29,341 nucleotides of DNA from Armatimonadota bacterium (lineage in GTDB: Bacteria > Armatimonadota > UBA5829 > DTLH01): positions 1 through 29,341 of the forward strand of contig JBDKSP010000001.1 of the NCBI GenBank assembly GCA_039680575.1. Direction: 5' to 3'. Positions 1-8,686 of this stretch are shown here, one piece after another; the first letter of the stretch is position 1, and each line of letters begins with the position of its first letter. A program made the position numbers and the translations under genes. The notes under the pieces were generated by a model that worked only from the letters and a program-made list of their open reading frames with translations, searched no databases and was not told the origin of the DNA.

Positions 1-146
1 ACCCTGAACTAAGGAGTTTCAGGTATTACCTGAAACTCTCCCCGGAAGATTTTCGGCTATAGCCGAAAATCCATAGATTCAGGGTCCATTCTTTTCCTGG
101 ATGCTGAGTCAAGCTCAGCATGACGTAGTGTTCGTTCAGCATGACT
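1..146 (+). repeat. Composite palindromic repeat: REP-like hairpin arms (accctgaa...ttcagggt) enclosing a MITE-like unit, followed by a second REP-like hairpin; truncated by the window edge
   Basis: Inverted repeat GAGTTTCAGGTA-t-TACCTGAAACTC (14-38), perfect palindrome GATTTTCGGCTATAGCCGAAAATC (48-71) and hairpin ATGCTGAG-tcaag-CTCAGCAT (101-121). Related copies at 13917-13980 and, inverted, at 25811-25958. Confidence 0.85.
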
Positions 147-223
147 GGGTATCAAGATCAGGGCGTAGACTGCGAGCTTTTACAATCGCTAATAGCTTAC
201 TAAACTGACAGGTGGTAAACGCG

Positions 224-1024
224 ATGCAACAGACGGCTGAAATCGGGGTTTTCGGTGGTTCGGGGTTCTATTCGTTCCTGGAAAACGCTGTAGAGTTTAA
301 AGTCGAGACACCTTACGGCGCGCCGAGCGACAAGTTGACACTCGGCACGTTCGAAGGCAGAAAAGTAGCATTTTTGCCCCGGCACGGGCGAGATCATCAG
401 TATCCGCCTCACATTATCCCCTACAGAGCCAATATCTGGGCTATGAAATCCCTCGGCGTAACTCGTATCATCGCGCCGAGCGCAGTCGGAAGCCTCCAAA
501 CCCACATAAAGCCCGGTGATTTCGTGGTGTGCGACCAGTTCGTCGACCGCACCTACGGCCGGAAGGACACGTTCTACGATGGGCCTGTCGCTGTGCACAT
601 CTCGTCCGCCGACCCATACTGCCCGGAACTGAGAAGGATTGCGATAGAAGTTATCAAAGATTACGGGATAAACGTCCATGAACATGGGACAAACGTTGTA
701 ATACAGGGGCCGAGGTTTTCGACAAAGTCCGAGAGCAAGTGGTTCACCAGCATGGGCTGGGATGTGGTCAGTATGACTCAGTATCCCGAAGCCATACTCG
801 CTCTGGAGCAGGAAATCTGCTACGTCAACATCGCGCTTATTACAGATTATGATGCCGGGCTGGTCGGAGAGGGAGGCGCGGAGCCTGTCAGCGCTGATGA
901 GGTCATGCATGCATTCCACGCGAACAATGAGCGCGTGAGAGACGTAATCCTGGAGATGGTCAGGCGTATTTCTCCCAAGCGGGACTGCAAGTGCGCGACA
1001 GCTCTGGCGCATGCACGGATGTGA
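224..1024 (+). CDS. mtnP: S-methyl-5'-thioadenosine phosphorylase (MTAP, PNP/MTAP family)
   Basis: Motifs GVFGGSG, TPYGAPS, FLPRHG, YRANIWA, QGPRFST, SMTQYPE, TDYD. ATG at 224 follows an AGGTGG RBS (the ORF track starts at GTG 212). Confidence 0.93.
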   Translation: MQQTAEIGVFGGSGFYSFLENAVEFKVETPYGAPSDKLTLGTFEGRKVAFLPRHGRDHQYPPHIIPYRANIWAMKSLGVTRIIAPSAVGSLQTHIKPGDFVVCDQFVDRTYGRKDTFYDGPVAVHISSADPYCPELRRIAIEVIKDYGINVHEHGTNVVIQGPRFSTKSESKWFTSMGWDVVSMTQYPEAILALEQEICYVNIALITDYDAGLVGEGGAEPVSADEVMHAFHANNERVRDVILEMVRRISPKRDCKCATALAHARM

Positions 1025-2049
1025 TTAGGACAGTAGACTACAAAGACGGCAAAATCGTCATCATAGACCAGAACAGGCTGCCGCATGAGCTGATAACTGT
1101 CGAGCTCGGAGATTACCTGCAGGTAGCCGACGCTATACGCACAATGAAAGTGAGGGGCGCTCCCGCACTTGGGGTAACAGCCGCGCTCGGTGTCGCGCTT
1201 GGAGCTTTGCCGATAACCTCCGCCGGTTTTGAGGAGTTCTACGAGAGGCTTGAGACCATATCGGAGGAAATAAAGAGCACCCGTCCAACAGCAGTCAACT
1301 TGTTCTGGGGCGTGGACAGAGTCCTCGAACTCGCCCGCGAGCGGCGTGACCTGCCTGTCGATTCTATCAAGTCTGAACTTGTGCGATTGGCCTGCTCGAT
1401 GCTCGATGAAGACGAAAACATCTGCCGGACGCTCGGGCGGATCGGCGGCGGATTGCTGAAAGACGGCGATGGAGTGCTCACCCACTGCAACGCGGGCGGT
1501 TTGGCATGTGTCGGCTACGGGACAGCCCTTGGGGTCATCCGTGGAGCCGTCGAAAGTGGGAAGAGACTGCGCGTTTATGCCGATGAGACCCGCCCCAGGC
1601 TCCAGGGGATGAAGCTCACTGCCTGGGAGCTTGCCCGGGACGGGATCGACGTGACGATTATCGCCGACAACATGGCAGCGGCGCTTATGAGAAAAGGCAT
1701 GATAGACGCCTGCGTGGTCGGAGCCGACCGTATCGCCGCAAACGGCGATACGGCGAACAAGATCGGCACTTACTCCGTCGCGGTGCTTGCCAGAGCGCAT
1801 GGTATACCGTTCTATGTCGCCGCGCCGACATCGACTATCGATTTCTCTATCGCTTCAGGTGACGGGATCGTGATAGAAGAGCGGTCTTCGGAGGAAATGA
1901 CGCATATCGACGGCCGCGCCGTTGCCCCAGCCGGAGTCCCGGTCATAAACCCGGCATTCGATGTTACCCCGGCGGAGCTCATTACTGCTATAATTACGGA
2001 GCAAGGGATAATTCGACCACCGTACAATACAAAGGAGCTTATCCGATGA
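1021..2049 (+). CDS. mtnA: S-methyl-5-thioribose-1-phosphate isomerase
   Basis: Motifs IDQNRLP, MKVRGAPALG, RPTAVNLFW, LTHCNAGGLA, ETRPRLQG, GDTANKIGTY, NPAFDVTP. GTG start overlaps the mtnP stop (GTGA). Confidence 0.95.
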   Translation: MIRTVDYKDGKIVIIDQNRLPHELITVELGDYLQVADAIRTMKVRGAPALGVTAALGVALGALPITSAGFEEFYERLETISEEIKSTRPTAVNLFWGVDRVLELARERRDLPVDSIKSELVRLACSMLDEDENICRTLGRIGGGLLKDGDGVLTHCNAGGLACVGYGTALGVIRGAVESGKRLRVYADETRPRLQGMKLTAWELARDGIDVTIIADNMAAALMRKGMIDACVVGADRIAANGDTANKIGTYSVAVLARAHGIPFYVAAPTSTIDFSIASGDGIVIEERSSEEMTHIDGRAVAPAGVPVINPAFDVTPAELITAIITEQGIIRPPYNTKELIR

Positions 2050-2570
2050 TACGGGAAGAGACACTAAAGGAGCTTATTCGTGATGTTCCGGATTTTCCGG
2101 CTGACGGGATACTTTTCTATGACATCACGCCGGTCCTGCAGGACAGTAAGGCGTTCAAGGAAGTAGTCTGCGCTATGGCGGAAAAAGTCCGCGGCCTGAA
2201 GCCGGATGTTGTGGTAGGCATCGAATCGCGCGGGTTTGTGCTGGGCGCGCCGATTGCCCTGGAGCTCGGTGTAGGGTTTGTACCTGTCCGCAAGGTCGGA
2301 AAGCTGCCTGCGGAGACAATCAGGGCTGAATACGCATTGGAATACGGTACAAATGCTATCGAAATGCATAAAGATGCCATACAGCCCGGCCAGAGGGTTG
2401 TTATCGTTGACGATCTGCTCGCTACAGGCGGTACAGCGTCGGCATCCGTGCAACTCGTGGAGGAATTAGGCGGAGAAGTTGCCGGGCTGGTCTTCCTCGT
2501 CGAGCTGAAATTCCTGAACGGCCGCGACAGGCTGAATGGCTACCGTCTGGATACATTAGTCGGGTATTGA
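2046..2570 (+). CDS. apt: Adenine phosphoribosyltransferase
   Basis: DFPADGILFYDIT, ESRGF, VRKVGKLP, YALEYGT and PRPP motif VIVDDLLATGGT; ATGA overlap with mtnA. Confidence 0.96.
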   Translation: MIREETLKELIRDVPDFPADGILFYDITPVLQDSKAFKEVVCAMAEKVRGLKPDVVVGIESRGFVLGAPIALELGVGFVPVRKVGKLPAETIRAEYALEYGTNAIEMHKDAIQPGQRVVIVDDLLATGGTASASVQLVEELGGEVAGLVFLVELKFLNGRDRLNGYRLDTLVGY

Positions 2571-2580
2571 GCGTTTTCAC

Positions 2581-3978
2581 ATGCGTCGTATCAGAATCAC
2601 CAAACACAGAATAATCCTGGCTGTCGGCATCTGGGCGATCATCATTATAGTACCGCTTGCGCTCACAGCCATTCAGCTGCAATGGGGGAACCTGAAAGAG
2701 CTGAATGTACTGTTCGGTAAGTGGCAGACGCCCGGTACGGACAGGCGGATAATCGTTTTCGCCCCGCATTGCGATGATGAAGTCATTGCGGCCGGCGGGC
2801 TTATACATCAGGCTGCCGCCAGTGGAGCGAAAGTCACCGTCGTCTTGATGACTAACGGCGACGGCTCCCGTTACGCAGCTAGAATCGACAGCAGATCGAT
2901 AATGGTCTCGCCTAAGTACTATGTCGGGTTCGGCTACCGGAGGCAGAAAGAGACGCGCGCGGCACTTGCGACGGTCAGCTCGGCGAAAGTCAGGATAATA
3001 ACGCTCGGTTACCCCGACAGGGGGCTCGAGCAGATGTGGATCTCCAACTGGAACACCCCTTTTGTGTCCAAGTACACCCATGACTCCAGATCCCCCTACA
3101 CCAATTCAATGACCCGAAACGCTCCATTTACCGGAAAACAGTTGATGTCCGACGTGAAAAAATTGCTCAGGGAGATTGATCCGACTGATATTTATATTCC
3201 CCACCCATGCGACCAGCACCCGGACCACTGGGCGACCGGCGCTTTCGTGACCGAGGCGTTGTACGATGAGGGTTGGCTGGAAGACCGGAATGTAGGCCTG
3301 TATTTGGTGCACCGCGGCGACTGGCCGCTGCCGCAGGGGCTGCATGCTGGTAGGAACCTGGCTCCGCCTGCCGGGTTGGACAGGCTGGACACGCGCTGGT
3401 ATCAGTATGAGCTCAACAGCGATTCCGTCTCAGCCAAGAAATGCGCTATGGATAAATATCGCTCTCAGACCGGCCTTAATAGAAGGTTTCTTTTGGGGTT
3501 TGTGCGGAAAAATGAGCTTTTCGGTATCAGAGATGCTGAACTCGACCTGCCTCACACTGATGGAATCCGGATAGACGGCAGCACAGGCGATTGGGATGAT
3601 CTGGAACCGGTGATAGTAGACCCGCAGAGTGACGGAATACCATCACACTCTCAGCCCTCCGCCGATTTGACAGAGGTTTATGCGGCTGAGGATAAAGGAC
3701 GGCTCTACTTCATGATAAAGGTGCGCGGGGCGATCAGTAAAGCAGCGAGCTTCAATTTACGGATCAGGCCGCTGCGCGGTTCCAATCCTACTACGGTCGT
3801 TACACTGAGGAAGGGGGCGAAGCCTCCACAGGGATGGCAGGTAGCTTTCGGAAAACGGGAAATGGAAGCTTCCTGTCCTGCCGGAAGGTTGAGAAACGAA
3901 CCGCTTATGCTCGCAGTCGGTACCAAGTTCGGCTGGTTCCAGATAGACCGCTCGGCATTTCGGATATTGAAGCCTTGA
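2581..3978 (+). CDS. Membrane-anchored PIG-L/LmbE family deacetylase with C-terminal CBM9/DOMON-like domain
   Basis: N-terminal hydrophobic helix; FAPHCDDE, LMTNGDG, LGYPD and HPDH motifs; C-terminal IDGSTGDWDD...DPQSD segment resembling sugar-binding modules. Confidence 0.8.
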   Translation: MRRIRITKHRIILAVGIWAIIIIVPLALTAIQLQWGNLKELNVLFGKWQTPGTDRRIIVFAPHCDDEVIAAGGLIHQAAASGAKVTVVLMTNGDGSRYAARIDSRSIMVSPKYYVGFGYRRQKETRAALATVSSAKVRIITLGYPDRGLEQMWISNWNTPFVSKYTHDSRSPYTNSMTRNAPFTGKQLMSDVKKLLREIDPTDIYIPHPCDQHPDHWATGAFVTEALYDEGWLEDRNVGLYLVHRGDWPLPQGLHAGRNLAPPAGLDRLDTRWYQYELNSDSVSAKKCAMDKYRSQTGLNRRFLLGFVRKNELFGIRDAELDLPHTDGIRIDGSTGDWDDLEPVIVDPQSDGIPSHSQPSADLTEVYAAEDKGRLYFMIKVRGAISKAASFNLRIRPLRGSNPTTVVTLRKGAKPPQGWQVAFGKREMEASCPAGRLRNEPLMLAVGTKFGWFQIDRSAFRILKP

Positions 3979-4137
3979 GCGGGGATAATTATCCATTTTA
4001 CCCAGGCTAATCCCTGTCGCTGGATCTGTGCAATTTGTACCCCAAACAGAGGATAACTCCGCTTAAAGCCTTAACACTAATTATGGACCTAAACATTCTC
4101 TGCATTTTATTCGTATTAGGACCAGGAGTAGGAATCG

Positions 4138-5280
4138 ATGAAAAGACTCACACTTATCTTATGTCTCATTCTCGCGATTGCCGCGAGCGCCTATGGGGCA
4201 CCGAAGAACATCATTCTGTTCATCGGCGACGGCATGGGGCTCGCCACCGTAGCCGGTGCGAGGATATCCTCCCAGGGGCCTGGCGGGCGGCTCGCGATGG
4301 ACAGTATGCCCGTCTCCGGGTTTGCCACTACTTATTCCGCAAACGCGCTCATTACCGACTCGGCAGCTGCCGGGACCGCGCTCGCTACGGGCACGAAGAC
4401 GAACAATGGGATGATCGGCGTGGCACCGGACGGAAAGCGCCTGAAGTCCATACTTGAGGCTGCGATGGGCTTGAAAAAATCGACCGGGCTCGTTACCACG
4501 ACCACGATTTCCCACGCTACACCAGCGTCATTCGCAGCTCATGTGAACAGCCGGGGCGATGAGACCGAGATAGCCTGCCAATTGCTCGAAAACCACGTGG
4601 ACGTGCTCATGGGCGGCGGTATGCAGTTTTTTGCCGCGAAGGACCAGCCCGGCAGCAAGCGCACTGATGACCGCTGCCTCCTTACGGAAGCAAATGCAGC
4701 AGGTTATGCCCTTGCGACTAATTCTGAGGGACTCTCGGCTGTAAAGTCGCGGAAGATCCTCGGCCTTTTCGCCAATGGTTATCTCTCTACAAAGGAGCCT
4801 GAACCCCCGCTTTCGGCGCTTGCCGCCAAAGCTATCGAGTCGCTTTCAAAAGATAAAGACGGGTTCTTCCTGATGGTCGAAGGCGGACAGATCGACAGCT
4901 TTGCCCACGCGAACGATTTTGAAAACGCCGTACGCCAGGTGATCGAGTTCGACCGCGCAGTAGCCGCGGGGCTGGACTATGCCCGCAAGCACAGCGATAC
5001 ACTCGTCATAGTGACTGCAGACCACGAGACAGGCGGACTTACTCTCCTCACGAACTCGGAAGGGCAACTGCAGCCGTCATGGTCGTCAAAAGGTCACACC
5101 GGAGTAACGGTTCCCATCTACGCATTCGGGCCGGGTTCCGAAAAGTTCGCAGGGTTGATCGACAATACCGATATTCCGAAGAGGATGGCGGAGTTGTGGG
5201 GCGTTAAGATAGGGCTCCAGACCTCTGCAGCCGGTGTGAACACGAAAGCGCCAGCCTCGGCCTCGGCCACTGCTCGCTGA
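4138..5280 (+). CDS. phoA: Alkaline phosphatase (PhoA type), secreted
   Basis: Signal peptide; IGDGMG, TDSAAAGTA (catalytic Ser), HATPA, EGGQIDSFAH, TADHETGG; AGGAG RBS. Confidence 0.9.
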   Translation: MKRLTLILCLILAIAASAYGAPKNIILFIGDGMGLATVAGARISSQGPGGRLAMDSMPVSGFATTYSANALITDSAAAGTALATGTKTNNGMIGVAPDGKRLKSILEAAMGLKKSTGLVTTTTISHATPASFAAHVNSRGDETEIACQLLENHVDVLMGGGMQFFAAKDQPGSKRTDDRCLLTEANAAGYALATNSEGLSAVKSRKILGLFANGYLSTKEPEPPLSALAAKAIESLSKDKDGFFLMVEGGQIDSFAHANDFENAVRQVIEFDRAVAAGLDYARKHSDTLVIVTADHETGGLTLLTNSEGQLQPSWSSKGHTGVTVPIYAFGPGSEKFAGLIDNTDIPKRMAELWGVKIGLQTSAAGVNTKAPASASATAR

Positions 5281-5310
5281 CCACACGAATCAGGGAACAG
5301 GTGATTCAGG

Positions 5311-5358
5311 ATGCAGCATTATGTGTCCGTAGGATTGTTATATCATTGTCTGAAACTC
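5311..5358 (-). mobile_element. Partial copy of the MITE-like element
   Basis: Reverse complement GAGTTTCAGACAATGATATAACAATCCTACGGACACATAA aligns with GAGTTTCAGGTAATGATGTAACAACCCTTCGGGCACATAA at 8191. Confidence 0.75.
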
Positions 5359-5439
5359 TTTGATCATCTGTTCCCGGACAAGTATAGGTAAATGTAGATG
5401 ATATTACCCCATCCGGCTCCCCATTGGTGACTATTTCCT

Positions 5440-6417
5440 ATGGATACCATCGACAGACAGCTTCTCAACTTGCTTCAGGTCAATTTCCCTCTTGTAACTG
5501 AGCCGTTCTCCGAGCTCGGAAGGAGACTCGAGATAGGGGAAGACGCGGCAATCCGGCGTGTACGGTCGCTTAAGGACCGGGGGATCATCCGCCAGATAAG
5601 CGCGGTCTTCGATTCGCATGCTCTCGGCTACAGCAGCTCACTGGCCGCGTTTAGTGTCCCACGTGAGAGGGTAGAGCAAGTAGCGGAGATTGTAAACGCT
5701 CACCCCGGCGTCAGCCACAACTACGAACGGGACCACACTTACAATCTCTGGTTTACTATCACGGTCCCGCCGGGGACGACCCCCGAGGCGGAGGCGGACC
5801 GGCTGGCAGCTCAGGCAAATCCCCGGGCTTTCAGGATGTTTCCGACGATAAGGTTGTTCAAGATTGGGGTGGCTTTCGATATGGTCGGCGACGGAACCGA
5901 TATGTTAATAACTCAGCCCTCTGCGGTCCGGCATGATCCTGTCGAGCTGGATGAGTCGGATATCGCGGCTGTACGCGTCCTCCAGCGGGATCTACCGATC
6001 GATCAGAGGCCGTTCGCCTCACTTGCCGTACGTGCCGGGATGAGAGAAGATGAGCTTATCCGAAGAGCCAGAATGTTCCTCCAGCTCGGCGCTATGCGGC
6101 GGTATGCGGCTGTGCTCAAGCACCGTGAAGCTGGATATTTATCCAATGCAATGGTGGTCTGGAACGTCCCCAAGAATATGATCGAGTATATAGGCCCTGA
6201 ATTCGCACTGCACAGAGCCGTAAGCCACTGTTATGAGCGGCATACTTACCCGGATTGGCCTTACTCAGTTTTCACGATGGTCCATGGACGGAGCATCGAA
6301 GACTGCGAAAAAGCAGCGCGTGAACTCTCGAATGCCACAGGGATCACCGACTATGTGCTCCTGTACAGCGTCCGGGAGTTCAAGAAAACGAGGGTGCTGT
6401 ATTATGAGCATACATAA
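5440..6417 (+). CDS. ahbAB: Fused AhbA/AhbB siroheme decarboxylase (tandem Lrp/AsnC-like halves; NirDL/GH family)
   Basis: Two repeated modules: LQVNFPL...PF...SHNYER...YNLWFT and LQRDLPI...PF...SHCYER..YPDWPYSVFTMVHG...LYSVREFKK. Confidence 0.85.
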   Translation: MDTIDRQLLNLLQVNFPLVTEPFSELGRRLEIGEDAAIRRVRSLKDRGIIRQISAVFDSHALGYSSSLAAFSVPRERVEQVAEIVNAHPGVSHNYERDHTYNLWFTITVPPGTTPEAEADRLAAQANPRAFRMFPTIRLFKIGVAFDMVGDGTDMLITQPSAVRHDPVELDESDIAAVRVLQRDLPIDQRPFASLAVRAGMREDELIRRARMFLQLGAMRRYAAVLKHREAGYLSNAMVVWNVPKNMIEYIGPEFALHRAVSHCYERHTYPDWPYSVFTMVHGRSIEDCEKAARELSNATGITDYVLLYSVREFKKTRVLYYEHT

Positions 6418-8155
6418 GACCGGGATAGACTGGCAGGAGTGGTCCCCGGAGGCTCTGGACCGGGCACGGGAAAAGAACTGTCCTGTTCTTCTGGCAATCA
6501 CCGCTACATGGTGCCATTGGTGTCATGTGATGGAGAATACGACGTTTGAAAGCGAACAGGTCGCAGAGATTATAAACAGCCGCTTTGTCCCGGTTCGCGT
6601 AGACAACGACCGCCGACCTGACCTGAATGCCCGGTATAATATGGGCGGATGGCCGACAATCGCATTCCTCACGCCAAAAGGTGATATTCTGACCGGTTCG
6701 ACTTATGTACCGCCGGGACAGATGGTGGACATGCTCAACCGGGTAGCAGATGCTTACCAGGAAAAAGGCATCGAGTTGGCCGAACGCGCGGAAGAGATAC
6801 GAAACCGCCAGGCGGAGGCCGGGCGCGAGATGGCGTCTGCCGTTATACTGAACGAGAGCATCCCCAAAAACATCATGAAGGCCATCGAGGGAGCGTTCGA
6901 CCCTGTTTATGCGGGGTTTGGCGTGCAGCAGAAGTTTCTCTATGTCCCGGCGCTGGAGTTCCTGCTGGCGGACTTTCGCCGTACGGGCAATCGCGGGCAC
7001 CTGGAGATGGTCACCCGGACGTTGAACGCTATGCGTGAAGGCGGCGTGTACGATCAGGTCGAAGGAGGTTTCTTCCGCTATTCGACTACGCGGAACTGGA
7101 GCATCCCGCACTACGAAAAGATGCTCGAAGACAATTCAGGGCTGCTCGGGGTGTTCATCCAGGCGTTTGGGCTGACCGGGGAAAAGAGCTATATCAAGAC
7201 CGTACGGGCGATAATGGGTTATCTTGGAAAGACACTCTTCGATAAACAGACCGGCGCGTTTTTCGGGAGCCAGGATGCGGTCGAAGACTACTACCAGCTC
7301 TCGGTTGAAGACAGGGTAATAGAAGGCCCACCGTCCGTTGACCGGACAATCTATACCAACTGGAACGCTGTGGCCGTAGATGTTTATCTGAAGGCAAGCG
7401 AAACGACCGGCGTGCTGTCTTACCTTGGGCGGGCGCTCGGAATACTTGGGTTTCTTACCAACCACTGCCGCGCGGACGGCGGGTTCTGCCATTACTTCGA
7501 CGGTGAACCGAAAGCTTTCGGGATGCTTACGGACCAGGTATGGGTCGGAACGGCGCTTCTGCGGGCTTATGAATGCACCGGGAACCGCAGGTTTATCGAG
7601 ACCGCAAAGGATACCGCGGATTACATCCAGTCCAGGTTTGCTGACCCGAACGGAGGGTTCTTTGATGTTACAGCGGAGCGCCAGGAGGCTGAACGGCTGC
7701 CTTATCGGGAAAAACCGCTCGATGAGAACGCACTTGCAGCGAGATTTTTGAACCGGCTGTCGTATTACGCCCATGAATCAGCCTACAGGCGGAGCGCCGA
7801 GTCCGCACTCCGCAGCATGGCAAGCGATTACGAGTCATTCGGGATACTTGCCGCGCCTTACGGGTTGGCCGTGATGGAACTGCTCGAGGAACCGGTGAGA
7901 ATCGCAGTCGTGGGACCGCGTGAAGACCCAAGGACGGAGGAGCTTCTGACGTCAACGCTCAAGGCGAAGGACCCTTCGACTTTGGTGCAGGTGCTCGACG
8001 AAGATGCATCCCCGGAGGAGTTCAGGGACTTCGGAGCAGAGCCTTCCGAAGAGCCGCGTGCGTCCATCTGCATAGGGGATACCTGCCGCACGACAAGTTC
8101 CGATCCGCTGGAGGTCGAAGCTGCCATTCATGAAGTTGAGCAGCGGACTTATTAA
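6404..8155 (+). CDS. YyaL/SSP411-like protein (DUF255 thioredoxin-like domain plus six-hairpin glycosidase-like domain)
   Basis: IDWQEW, WCHWCHVME, DRRPDL, GGWP, GGFFRYS, PHYEKML. ATG at 6404 overlaps the end of ahbAB; the upstream extension in the ORF track is probably non-coding. Confidence 0.88.
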   Translation: MSIHKTGIDWQEWSPEALDRAREKNCPVLLAITATWCHWCHVMENTTFESEQVAEIINSRFVPVRVDNDRRPDLNARYNMGGWPTIAFLTPKGDILTGSTYVPPGQMVDMLNRVADAYQEKGIELAERAEEIRNRQAEAGREMASAVILNESIPKNIMKAIEGAFDPVYAGFGVQQKFLYVPALEFLLADFRRTGNRGHLEMVTRTLNAMREGGVYDQVEGGFFRYSTTRNWSIPHYEKMLEDNSGLLGVFIQAFGLTGEKSYIKTVRAIMGYLGKTLFDKQTGAFFGSQDAVEDYYQLSVEDRVIEGPPSVDRTIYTNWNAVAVDVYLKASETTGVLSYLGRALGILGFLTNHCRADGGFCHYFDGEPKAFGMLTDQVWVGTALLRAYECTGNRRFIETAKDTADYIQSRFADPNGGFFDVTAERQEAERLPYREKPLDENALAARFLNRLSYYAHESAYRRSAESALRSMASDYESFGILAAPYGLAVMELLEEPVRIAVVGPREDPRTEELLTSTLKAKDPSTLVQVLDEDASPEEFRDFGAEPSEEPRASICIGDTCRTTSSDPLEVEAAIHEVEQRTY

Positions 8156-8185
8156 GCGTTTGGAGAACCTGCTCACCCTCATCAG

Positions 8186-8287
8186 GTGCGGAGTTTCAGG
8201 TAATGATGTAACAACCCTTCGGGCACATAACCAATCACTGATGCTGCTGCATCTGTTGGTTTCACGCTCAACCCCAAAACTCTGTAG
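8186..8287 (+). mobile_element. MITE-like element, diverged copy
   Basis: GAGTTTCAGG (8191) ... CCCAAAACTCTGTAG; interior alignable with the copies at 8692 and 29222. Confidence 0.75.
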
Positions 8288-8528
8288 AGCGTTACCTGGC
8301 TCTGATGTTGACTATAACCGATCGAGAGAAGAGGCAATCTCTGATGGTCTTAGCGGCACGATTATATAAAAAGCATAGGTGTGTTCATAATTAACAAATT
8401 TGCCTCAAGATTAACGCTCTCGTCTATACTCTATACACGCTTTACTGCATTGATGGCTTGTCTCGGCATATATTATGACTTTTATCGGATCAATAGATTA
8501 TATCCAAAATTTTTTTATTAAAAAGTAC

Positions 8529-8557
8529 TTGACGGCTTGCCTGCTACATGGTATATA
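8529..8557 (+). promoter_or_regulatory. Putative sigma70 promoter for the 775-aa gene
   Basis: TTGACG-N17-TATATA with TGn extension and an A/T-rich tract upstream. Confidence 0.45.
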
Positions 8558-8686
8558 GATATTGAGGCGATAAGTATCCACTTACATATCCTCGATTGGA
8601 ACAATCGTATTGCACAAGGCAGGTTGTTTCTTTGTCACTTTGCCAGCAACCGGTTTCTGTAAGAGGTATATAGTGGTGTCTTTGCC

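Noticed and set aside
200..1800. Long antisense ORFs 200-1012 and 847-1800 (also 6380-7774, 11519-12142, 20682-21250, 27526-28718)
   Set aside because: Shadow frames of well-supported genes on the opposite strand, with no recognisable motifs.
4050..4100. Possible Pho box upstream of the alkaline phosphatase (CTTAAAGC, CTTAACAC, CTAAACA)
   Set aside because: The repeats are not at 11-bp spacing.
6512..6526. CHWCH in YyaL as a c-type heme-binding motif
   Set aside because: It is the conserved thioredoxin-like motif of this family, and the protein has no signal peptide.
8130..8369. 79-aa ORF after yyaL
   Set aside because: It runs through a MITE copy, with no convincing RBS or protein features.
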